Origin: Thermoplasmatota archaeon | GTDB taxonomy: Archaea > Thermoplasmatota > Penumbrarchaeia > Penumbrarchaeales > Penumbrarchaeaceae | NCBI GenBank assembly: GCA_965234725.1 | Contig: CBDDUX010000040.1 | Location: forward strand, 1 to 64,000 | Direction of reading: 5' to 3' | DNA: 64,000 bases | Notes under the pieces: model-generated | The model's input: only the letters and a program-made list of their open reading frames with translations | What the model was told of the DNA's origin: nothing | Database searches by the model: none | Program-made: the position numbers and the translations under genes | In this document: positions 1 through 8,763 of the stretch, piece after piece | How positions within the stretch are numbered: position 1 is the first letter of the stretch | Layout of the letters: the number at the start of each line of letters is the position of its first letter

Positions 1-280
1 CGTCCAAACCAGGAAGGGGTTAGGAGCGATATATTTTTCCCCAATTGGGAGAATTCGGAAATCTCATCCCATTTATCGGTGATATCATCATTATCTATCT
101 CCTCATTGTTATTAGAAAATGATTCAATGAAATTTAAGAAAACACTAAAAAACTTGAGAAAAAAAAATATCGTACCGGCTGGATATAGTGCATGTTATCC
201 GCATGCCTTCGATCTATATCGAGTGTTGGGAAAGATGACCTATAGCGCCAGTACGAAATATTACGGGACCTATTTTTTTA

Positions 281-3070
281 TTAAATCCAAGTAGAGATCA
301 TATGTATTATGATCTCAGCAGATGCGATCAGCTGATCGGCCTGTCCGTCTGTCAGTTTCTTTCCACTCTGGGCTTCTACCTGGTTTATAAACGCTTCCAT
401 CTGATTCGCTGCAGAGACAAGATCTCCCTGATTTATGGACAAGGTGACCTCATCCAATTTAGAATCCAGACTTTTCGCGGTTCCAATTGGAACGTTCATG
501 GACACAATATCTGCAGATAGCTCGTCAATAGAATCCAGTGGTCCCCAGGATGTCATCAGAGGGAAATTGTCACTATTTGTGGCATCCAAAACGTATGCTG
601 TATCGCCAATGCCATCGCCGTCTGCATCAATGCCGGAATAGTCACTCCAGTAATTACCCTCGGATGAACCGTCATCCCAGTTATTGCTAGCATAGAAACT
701 GAATGTCGGGATGGTGTTTCCGATGAAGTTGTTGCGATATATCGTATTGCCATTGGACATATAGTGGGCGTAGACCCCATACATGTTATTCGATACCTCA
801 TTGCAGGTCAGGGTATTGGAACTGGAATGATACAGGTATATCCCTCTATTACTGCCCGAGATCGTGTTGCCGGATATCGTACTTGTACTGATCGAAGCCA
901 AGTAAAAGCCACTCGCAGTGTTATTGGTGGCCCTGTTCAAGGTAACTGTATAGGAACCACCCATCAGATATATTCCGGAACCTCCATTGTCTGTCGCCGT
1001 ATTACGGGATACCGTGCTAGAAATACAATTGGCCATGGAGAGACCATTTATATTGCCAATCACCGTATTACCGACAACTGTGCTGTATCCACAAGAACTC
1101 ATGTAGATTCCCGTGTGACTGTTGTCGAAAAGGAGATTCCCTGTCACACTACTGGATTCGCATGAGAGCATATAGATGCCGTATTGGGAATCTGTAACTT
1201 CCACATTCTCAATAGTTGCGTATTCTGTATTGACAAGCAGAAATCCATGAACATTGTTCGACATGGTCAGATCTTTTATGGTAATGTTGTCCGAATTCAG
1301 GATCCCGATATATCCCGCATTGCCATAGGCACTCTTGGGTGAGAATTCGATCCCGGATACGCCATTGAGATAATAGATCGGTTTTCCGTTTATCGTGTTG
1401 GATTTATCGATATCCTGATCGTAGTGGGACAGGGTATACCCCGTGACTCCGAAATTTAAATTACTGTTGGCAATGATATTATCTCTCAATTTATTGCCCA
1501 GTGAATTGTCGATGAGCAGCCCCTTGTAGTTGTCCGTGATGACGTTTCCAGAAACGATCAAAGATGCGGAATTGGTCTCTATTGTGAGCCCCTTGTTCCA
1601 ATTGTCAGAAACTATATTGTTCCTGATGGTGCAGAAACTGGTGTAGCTCGCCCTGAGACCTATTTTATTGTTTATGATCGTGTTGTTCTCAACCGTAGAG
1701 TGTTCCGCCTTGTCTATAAGGCAGATGCCGGTACCGGTGCTTCCCTGAACCAGGTTCCCCGACACAATGGTATCGGGGGAGAAATTTATCTGGATTCCGT
1801 AATATGGACAGTCGGTCACGTTGTTATCAACAATGGAGTTGGAAGACGTGAACATGGTCTGAATGCCGTATGAGTTCTCGTATACCCTGTTATCCTTGAC
1901 GATATTGTCATCCGAATGGCTCAGGTAGATGCCGTAGTTGTTATCCCTCACCGTATTCTCCACGATCTCGCAGAGATCGGAATAGGCTATGTAGATGCCG
2001 TTATTGTTGTCAGTCAAGGTCGATCCGGAAACGGCGCAGTTCTCCGATTCCAGAACGTAGATGCCGTAATAGCAATCAGATGCCTCAACGTTCTCAAAAA
2101 CGACGTCCTCGGATCCCACAATGACGATCCCGTGGTAGTTGTCCTTGAACGAGAGGTCCTTGACCGTGACCCTCTCCGAGCCTATGATGGCGACAAATCC
2201 CGCATCCTTGTAGGAGTTCACAGAATTGAGCTCCACGTCTGATACGCCCTTCAGGAAGTAGATGGGCTTTCCGTCCACCGTGTTGGTTGAGTCGATATCG
2301 TGATCGTAGTCCGAGGCAATGTGGCTGGTTATGCAGAAGTTCATGTCATTGCTGGATATCGCATTGTTCCTCATTACACAGTTTGTGATGGAGGACATTT
2401 CAATTCCTTTTGTGTTATATGTGAATGTGTTGTCGCTGAGGATGCTCGAAGATGAGGACATCAAACGCAGGCCGGAGTTGGTGTTCCCCGTCACAGTGTT
2501 CTCGGTGAAGGTGGATGACCCGCATGCCATCATGGTGATTCCGCCGTAGGTGTTGCTCTCGATGCTGTTTCCGATCAAATTGCTGCCCGGACAGTTGTAC
2601 ACGTACATTCCATATCCGTTTTCCACGGCCTTTACACCGGAGATCGTGGACGAGCTCGAACCGGACAGATAGAGGCCGTAGGTGAAACCCTCGACCCTGA
2701 GGTCCCTGATGGTTATTCCGGATATGTAGGATGAGCTGATCCCTTTTGTAGACCAGCCGGTTCCTGATTTCTTTATTATGGTCTCTGCTCCCTCACCTTC
2801 AAGGGTCAGGGTTTTGGTCACCGTCAGCTGCTCGAGATATGTTCCCGCGTAGATATGGATGGTATCCCCTGCATTTGCAGCGTTTATCGCAGCTTGTATG
2901 GTAGTATAATCCTCATCGGGGTTTCCTTCGCCACTTCCAGGCACATCATCCACATATATGGTCGTCGGATCCGCGCTCACATTCATCGGCAATCCGATGA
3001 ATGCTACAAATACCAACATAAATAGCGTTCCAAACGCTAACAATATATTGGTCTCCTTGTATAGTTTCAT
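281..3070 (-). CDS. Secreted right-handed parallel beta-helix (NosD/CASH-type) repeat protein with C-terminal FIMAH-like helical domain
   Basis: Signal peptide after MKLYKETN (ATG at 3070 preferred over the AT-rich extension to 3181). Motif TIYVDD...YTTIQAAINAA..GDTIHIYAGTY, dozens of GIYL..S..N.I..N beta-helix turns, the closing motif N.WDDG..GNYWSDY.G.D.DGDGIGD..Y, and a C-terminal AFINQVEAQSGKK helical domain. Confidence 0.85.
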   Translation of the reverse strand: MKLYKETNILLAFGTLFMLVFVAFIGLPMNVSADPTTIYVDDVPGSGEGNPDEDYTTIQAAINAANAGDTIHIYAGTYLEQLTVTKTLTLEGEGAETIIKKSGTGWSTKGISSSYISGITIRDLRVEGFTYGLYLSGSSSSTISGVKAVENGYGMYVYNCPGSNLIGNSIESNTYGGITMMACGSSTFTENTVTGNTNSGLRLMSSSSSILSDNTFTYNTKGIEMSSITNCVMRNNAISSNDMNFCITSHIASDYDHDIDSTNTVDGKPIYFLKGVSDVELNSVNSYKDAGFVAIIGSERVTVKDLSFKDNYHGIVIVGSEDVVFENVEASDCYYGIYVLESENCAVSGSTLTDNNNGIYIAYSDLCEIVENTVRDNNYGIYLSHSDDNIVKDNRVYENSYGIQTMFTSSNSIVDNNVTDCPYYGIQINFSPDTIVSGNLVQGSTGTGICLIDKAEHSTVENNTIINNKIGLRASYTSFCTIRNNIVSDNWNKGLTIETNSASLIVSGNVITDNYKGLLIDNSLGNKLRDNIIANSNLNFGVTGYTLSHYDQDIDKSNTINGKPIYYLNGVSGIEFSPKSAYGNAGYIGILNSDNITIKDLTMSNNVHGFLLVNTEYATIENVEVTDSQYGIYMLSCESSSVTGNLLFDNSHTGIYMSSCGYSTVVGNTVIGNINGLSMANCISSTVSRNTATDNGGSGIYLMGGSYTVTLNRATNNTASGFYLASISTSTISGNTISGSNRGIYLYHSSSNTLTCNEVSNNMYGVYAHYMSNGNTIYRNNFIGNTIPTFSFYASNNWDDGSSEGNYWSDYSGIDADGDGIGDTAYVLDATNSDNFPLMTSWGPLDSIDELSADIVSMNVPIGTAKSLDSKLDEVTLSINQGDLVSAANQMEAFINQVEAQSGKKLTDGQADQLIASAEIIIHMISTWI

Positions 3071-3791
3071 ATGATTCTGCCTCCACCTGGAAATCCTGGC
3101 TACTTTTATTATAAAAAGATTTGAAGCGTCTCTCTCTTTTATTAAAAAATATTGGTACGATTTCCTTACAATCGGTGTCATAAATTAGAATAATGATATT
3201 TTAAAAAATATGACAATTAACATTATTTGATTTGATGTGAAATAATTATATTTTCGTCAATCTTTTTTAACCCATCAATAATTACAATTACGTTCATTAA
3301 TAAATGAAAATTTCGGAAAAATACGGTCATTCCATTAATAACAATTTCATCTGTAATTGTTTCCATTACACTTTAGTTAGAAAAAAATGGTTATCGTTAA
3401 TAAATAAAAGAGTTACTACTATATTGGCAAACACATGACACAGAACCTACTATTTTTTCCAGATCATTTAGTCTCCGATTTGTAAAAAGATTGTTGTTTC
3501 TTTTCAAAAGATGGATTCCTCTATTTGTATAGATCACTGTTAAATTTGAACAGAGTAAGGATCACTGGAGAAAGAGAAAATGAAGGATGAAAATCTACCA
3601 AATTCAAATGTGCGAAACGACTGATTTTTACTTTTTCCGTCCAATGTAGGAAAATTGTTTCTTACTTCACAACTAATTGGTATCGTGATATTTCAACCTT
3701 CTTTCCATCTCTGTATTCTTAAAAAGTTGATACCAAGGTAAAGGTGAAGGGTCCTTGAAATCTGGAAGTGGATGGAAGGAATTCTGATCGA

Positions 3792-4094
3792 TCATTGAAG
3801 CAAGCCCTGCTTTCCCTTCGGAAAGACAAGGCCCAGGACGATTAATATTGGGATCATCACCAATGCAAGATAGAAAACACCTTTTCCTGAAAGTGGATAG
3901 TCCCAGTATCTTGTGATCCAGTATATGAGCCCCATTATTATCAGGAAAAGGACTCCGGAGATAATGTACCGGAAGGTCCTTTCCCTTTCATAAGGCCAGT
4001 CTTTTCCTCCCCTTGGGTATTTCATACCCAGGTAACCAAGAATGAGGGCCGCTATGACCGCTATTACCAATGATCCGGTAATCAGAGGATCCAA
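3792..4094 (-). CDS. Small membrane protein (about 3 TM helices), last gene of the Ig-vWA-AAA operon
   Basis: Three hydrophobic segments; TTG start directly follows the TGA stop of the AAA gene (TGA-TTG). Confidence 0.7.
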   Translation of the reverse strand: MDPLITGSLVIAVIAALILGYLGMKYPRGGKDWPYERERTFRYIISGVLFLIIMGLIYWITRYWDYPLSGKGVFYLALVMIPILIVLGLVFPKGKQGLLQ

Positions 4095-7000
4095 TCAGGA
4101 ACCCTCCCAATTGGTCAATTCATCGATCTCGTGTTCTTTCTCCGATAGATCGTGGACAGCCTGTTTCTTTTCTCCGAATGCAGGTTCGGGTGGGGAAGGC
4201 GGAGGAATATTCTTCCTGTCCGAACCTTTCACTCCTTGCTTTTTTTCTTTTTCCGATCCATCAGGTTGACCTTTCTTCTTCCTCTCGTATTCCTTTCTCA
4301 GCTTGTCGTACATCTTGATCATTTTCGTTGTAATGGAAGGTTTGATCTCGCTTAGTACCTCATCCATATCTTCCATTTTTATCGGCTGTGGTTTTCTGGT
4401 TTCCAGGGCCCTCTCGAGGCCCAGGGAGGATGCTTCCCTCACAAGATTTGCCAGGTCAGCTCCCGAGAAACCCTTGGTCCTCTTTGAGAGGCTGATGATA
4501 TCAATATCATCGGAGGCGAACTTGCCCTTCAGGTGGATCTTGAGGATCTCCTTCCTGGAAACCTCGTCTGGCGGTGGGACATAGATGATCTTGTCGAACC
4601 TTCCAGGCCTCATAAGCGCAGGGTCAACGAGATCGGGCATATTGGTGGTTGCCACTACGATGATACCCTCCGCATCATCCATGCCGTCCATCTCCGAAAG
4701 CATTATTGAAAGGACCCTTGGTGTGACATCATCGGTGGAGTAGAAGTCCCTTCTCTTTGCTATGGCGTCAATTTCATCAAGGAAGAGAATGCAGGGAGAT
4801 TTTGCCCTGGCCTCCTCGAACAGAGATGCGATCAACCCTTCCGATTCTCCGTACCATTTGGACATCACATCGGAACACTTCACTCCGATCATTTCCACAT
4901 TGAGGTCCGAGGCTACAGCTCTGAGCATCAATGTCTTACCGCATCCGGGAGGTCCGAACAGCATTAGACCCTTTGATGGCTTCACACCATATTTCGTTGC
5001 CATATCCGGTTCCAGTAAGGGTACCATGAGCGCGTTCCTGACCTCCCTTTTAACGTCTTCTAGTCCTCCGATCTCGTTGAATGAAGTTCTTCTGAAACCT
5101 ACCATATCCGAAACCTTCTTGCCAACATCGGAGCTTCCAATCCCCTCGACTCCATACTGCAGTGGAAGGGCTTCCTCCCCGAACGACCTGAGATTGAAGG
5201 CCACTATTGAAGCCGGGATACAGCCTATGATCGCAATAATTGTCCAGATGGTGAATTCTGCCTCCGCCCAGAGGATGGATATGATCCCGAAAATTGCAAC
5301 GATAGCTCCGGGAACGGCTTTCAGAGCCCATTTTCCGATTGAGGCCTTGATCTCGAGAATATCTCCATCCCATTTCTTCAATATGAGGAAACCGAGGACC
5401 ATGGCAGCTGCCCACCCCAGAAGTCCGAAGAAGGGCACTATGGATCCCATGGTATCGAGTAATACTGTGGATATCACCTTGGTATTGACAGTGCTCAGAC
5501 CCGCGATCTCACTCACCACGTCGATCGGACTCCATCCCGATTCCACACTTTTGGAAAATGTTACGAAACTCCGATCATGCTCGGGTGATGCCAGGAATGA
5601 GAACCATACGAAGTTGCCGGACGGAGCGATAACAAGCATGAAAATTCCTGCTGTAACTAGTACCAGGGTCCCCATGAAAAGAGAAATGGTAACAGCGGCG
5701 ATCAGGGGTACTGCAAACCCGAATCCGAATCCGGCAAGGAAAACCGCCAGCAGGGAAAAATATGCATATCTCCAGTCGAAGAAACCGCCTACCATCACAA
5801 TGAGGGAATAGATCAGGAACACCCATCCGAACTCGTTGGATTGATATGCAACGGCCGCGGTTACCAGTACAGATAGTAGAAGCATCGAGATGTAGGGAAG
5901 CTTCCATGAGAGAGCGGTAATGAACGCTGAAAGGATCAGGACCATCCACCATGGATAGAACGGTGCGAAGAATAGACCCAGAATACTTAATAAGGCAAAT
6001 GCACAGGTCCTTAAGACGAGCCCCTTTCTCTCCTCATCCCTGAAAAGGGTTTCAATCCATGTGTACTTATCATCTCCTTCACTTTTCTTCCTGGCCCTCT
6101 TCTTCCTTTCGTTCAACCTTTCCCTGATCTCCTTGGCCTTGACAGCTCCGAAACCACTCGCGGTTACTCCGGCAATTACAATTACAAAACCTATCAATTC
6201 CAGATATTGCGGTCTTTCCTGTTCATCCATATCCACGGAGAATGACTCTTCGTTGATATCGAACCTGAAACTGAACGTCCAATCCGGTCTGGGCACACCC
6301 ACCTCGAAATTGTACACCTCATCATGGTATGTCACCTTGATACCGTAGGTTCCGTTATATACCGTTTGATTTGTAAGTGCGATCCCACCGACTGTCTCGG
6401 TCTCGTAGGAGTATGTCCCGTTGTAGAAGAGGACGGTTGCCCCGTCCGCCGGTCTTTGCTCGGCTTCATCTATGAGGGTCAGGATGATGAATCCCCTGTA
6501 TATTGGTACGCCAGGGGTGGGCATAGGATATGTGTAGACCTGAGAGCCGGATCTGACCAAATGATTGTAGCTGTCATAAGCCTCAACATGGAAGCTGATA
6601 ACGGATCCTTCAGGATAGGGAAGTATCGTGTATGTCATGTGGGTGTTGTTCACCCTTTTGAAATAGTTCACACCCTCCTGAGGGTCTCCATCCGGAAGAT
6701 TTAGTGTGTAGAAGATATCCGCTCTCTTGATGGATACGAGCGGATCCCTGGATGTGATATTGACATTGACTGACTGGCCGTTGATCGGCTCCTGGGGTCC
6801 CCAATCGAGATCGATGTTCAGGTCGAAATCATTTCCAGACCAGGATCCATTCATTACAACAGTATAGGAGTAGGTTGTGGATGTGAGGGGATGGTTCTTC
6901 TCATCATAGGCAATGATCTCGTAGTTTATTGTATACCCGCCGGGATAGCCGGGAATATCAACTTCCATCGTGGACTGGTCCACCCTATTGAACTGGAAAC

Positions 7001-7286
7001 CGCCTTTCGCGGATGTCATCCCTTCGAACGACCATGTGTAGCTGACATCCGCTGCATTAATGGTCTGGTTGTTGATGGTTTTTATCGATAGATGAAGAGG
7101 TTCGTTGTTCAGCGGACTCCTGTCATTGATGTGGTCAGGCGTCCTATCGACCTCTATCACCTCCTCGAAGACGTTGGTCTCCCATTCTGCTCCTGCATCC
7201 TCGCTCACGAGTATGAACGCAACCGTTGAAGCGAGTATCGTGAGCAAGACAATGGAAACTGCGGTATACGATCCATTTATTTTCAT
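4095..7286 (-). CDS. Membrane-integral AAA+ ATPase: signal peptide, extracellular Ig-like domains, about 10 TM helices and a single CDC48-like AAA module
   Basis: Walker A GPPGCGKT, pore loop SKWYGESE, Walker B ILFLDEID, second region of homology ATTNMPDLVDPALMRPGRFD, lid GFSGADLANLVREA. N-terminal signal peptide, two homologous beta-rich repeats and a long hydrophobic block. Confidence 0.9.
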   Translation of the reverse strand: MKINGSYTAVSIVLLTILASTVAFILVSEDAGAEWETNVFEEVIEVDRTPDHINDRSPLNNEPLHLSIKTINNQTINAADVSYTWSFEGMTSAKGGFQFNRVDQSTMEVDIPGYPGGYTINYEIIAYDEKNHPLTSTTYSYTVVMNGSWSGNDFDLNIDLDWGPQEPINGQSVNVNITSRDPLVSIKRADIFYTLNLPDGDPQEGVNYFKRVNNTHMTYTILPYPEGSVISFHVEAYDSYNHLVRSGSQVYTYPMPTPGVPIYRGFIILTLIDEAEQRPADGATVLFYNGTYSYETETVGGIALTNQTVYNGTYGIKVTYHDEVYNFEVGVPRPDWTFSFRFDINEESFSVDMDEQERPQYLELIGFVIVIAGVTASGFGAVKAKEIRERLNERKKRARKKSEGDDKYTWIETLFRDEERKGLVLRTCAFALLSILGLFFAPFYPWWMVLILSAFITALSWKLPYISMLLLSVLVTAAVAYQSNEFGWVFLIYSLIVMVGGFFDWRYAYFSLLAVFLAGFGFGFAVPLIAAVTISLFMGTLVLVTAGIFMLVIAPSGNFVWFSFLASPEHDRSFVTFSKSVESGWSPIDVVSEIAGLSTVNTKVISTVLLDTMGSIVPFFGLLGWAAAMVLGFLILKKWDGDILEIKASIGKWALKAVPGAIVAIFGIISILWAEAEFTIWTIIAIIGCIPASIVAFNLRSFGEEALPLQYGVEGIGSSDVGKKVSDMVGFRRTSFNEIGGLEDVKREVRNALMVPLLEPDMATKYGVKPSKGLMLFGPPGCGKTLMLRAVASDLNVEMIGVKCSDVMSKWYGESEGLIASLFEEARAKSPCILFLDEIDAIAKRRDFYSTDDVTPRVLSIMLSEMDGMDDAEGIIVVATTNMPDLVDPALMRPGRFDKIIYVPPPDEVSRKEILKIHLKGKFASDDIDIISLSKRTKGFSGADLANLVREASSLGLERALETRKPQPIKMEDMDEVLSEIKPSITTKMIKMYDKLRKEYERKKKGQPDGSEKEKKQGVKGSDRKNIPPPSPPEPAFGEKKQAVHDLSEKEHEIDELTNWEGS

Positions 7287-7297
7287 CAGTTATCCCC

Positions 7298-8686
7298 CTA
7301 TGATCCTACTCCTACCTTCTGTTTTTCGATGATCTTCTTCTTGATGGAAGTTCGTTTTGCGATCCCAAGTGCTGCTAAACCGGCAAGCATGTACTCGACA
7401 GGTACTGTAGCCGTTTGACCAATGGTAACGGGAGTGACATTCGGTGTGGCAGTAATCACCGGTGCTACGTTAACAGAAGGTGCCACAACCGGTACAGATG
7501 GTGGAGGGGGTAATGGAGCCGGTGTAACAGCCGGCGGAGGAGGCGGAGGCGGTGGAAGGGGCGGAGGTAGGGACCTGATAACATTCACATAGAAAGACGG
7601 TATCTCTACCGATTCGTTCCTGCCCCCCCAATCCACGTACACTACTTCGCTCTCATCCTTGAGGACCCTTGTTCTCCCCTCACCATTTTGTGATATTACC
7701 TGAAAACTCACTGACCAGTTCTGGCCGATCTTTAAATGGGGTATGGACCAGGAAAGGACCGTTCCCGTTGTAGTATTGATGTTGAATCCATCGGTGATCG
7801 TTACAGAATCGGGAAGGTATTCCAGTTCTTCGGACAGGAAAGCATTTGCCGTGATATTCATGCCAGCGGTGTAATTGTAGAATTGGTCCGAGATCTTCAT
7901 GTAGATCCGAACGAGTTCTTCCGCGGTCTCAGCCTTGTAGAACTGACCGTTAGTATATTCCGCCATCCATCTCAAGGCCTTCTCATCCAGTTCGGGTCCT
8001 AGACCGATCGTATATAATTTCACCCCGTTGGATACCAGGCGGTCCATCTGGGGTATGGTAACGTTTGCCGATGATGGATCAGGAACTCCATCCGTGAAGA
8101 AGAGGGCGATCCTCTGATTCTCTTCGTTGCCGAATGTCTCGTACTCCGTATTTACAAGGTCGATGGCATCCTGGAAATTGGTCTGCCCCTGGGGAGCGGC
8201 CTTGGCCAGGGCATCCAGGTCGGCATGTACCTGGACATAGGCCGATGAAAGATGATGGAAAATGGATGCTGTATTGTCGAATTTCACTATCGCAGCCCTA
8301 TCGAAAGGAGAGATCATATTATTGATATATTCATGCGCTGCAAGGATCCTCAGCACCTGACCATCGTATGTCTCCAGGGAGCCGGAATGGTCCATGATGA
8401 AGACCACATCCTGGGGTGCGAGAGTGATGCCTTTGGTACCTGTTCCCTGTACGGTCAAAGTAACGGATGTATTGTCCGGTTGGTTCTCTGATGTGGACCT
8501 CCAGAAGGATTCATCAGATGTGGATAGCCTGGGAAGCAGGTAACCCCCGCCTATCTGAGCCGTTTCGCCATTGGTTTCTTCAGCAATTGAAGGTATCAAT
8601 AAGAATGAGAGGATCATCAGGACTAAGATCGGCATCCTGAGGCCAATTCGGAGGTTCCATCCCCTGAGATGATCTTTCACTGCCAT
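7298..8686 (-). CDS. Secreted/surface von Willebrand factor A (vWA) domain protein with polyproline linker
   Basis: Signal peptide, MIDAS motif DVVFIMDHSGS...GQTNF...FFTDG, YTIGLG...MAEYTNGQFY. Poly-Pro tract, then a short hydrophobic segment and basic tail. AAGGAGTG RBS upstream. Confidence 0.9.
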   Translation of the reverse strand: MAVKDHLRGWNLRIGLRMPILVLMILSFLLIPSIAEETNGETAQIGGGYLLPRLSTSDESFWRSTSENQPDNTSVTLTVQGTGTKGITLAPQDVVFIMDHSGSLETYDGQVLRILAAHEYINNMISPFDRAAIVKFDNTASIFHHLSSAYVQVHADLDALAKAAPQGQTNFQDAIDLVNTEYETFGNEENQRIALFFTDGVPDPSSANVTIPQMDRLVSNGVKLYTIGLGPELDEKALRWMAEYTNGQFYKAETAEELVRIYMKISDQFYNYTAGMNITANAFLSEELEYLPDSVTITDGFNINTTTGTVLSWSIPHLKIGQNWSVSFQVISQNGEGRTRVLKDESEVVYVDWGGRNESVEIPSFYVNVIRSLPPPLPPPPPPPPAVTPAPLPPPPSVPVVAPSVNVAPVITATPNVTPVTIGQTATVPVEYMLAGLAALGIAKRTSIKKKIIEKQKVGVGS

Positions 8687-8737
8687 TTTGTAATTACACT
8701 CCTTTCAATGATTCATTATTTTTCTTACCTGATTATC

Positions 8738-8763
8738 AGGGGAGGAAAGACATTTCCTCCCCT
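8738..8763 (-). promoter_or_regulatory. Intercistronic stem-loop (perfect 11-bp stem, 4-nt loop) at the stop of the Ig-repeat gene
   Basis: + strand AGGGGAGGAAA-GACA-TTTCCTCCCCT; no U-tract follows on the minus strand. Confidence 0.6.

Noticed and set aside
3071-3181. N-terminal extension of the beta-helix ORF to 3181
   Set aside because: AT-rich promoter-like sequence; the signal peptide and a GGTGGAGG RBS fit ATG 3070.
4762-5811. 349-aa plus-strand ORF, and similar long antisense ORFs such as 32499-33149, 39025-39585 and 51878-52405
   Set aside because: Antisense shadows of well-supported genes, with Ser/Ile/Pro-rich composition and no motifs.
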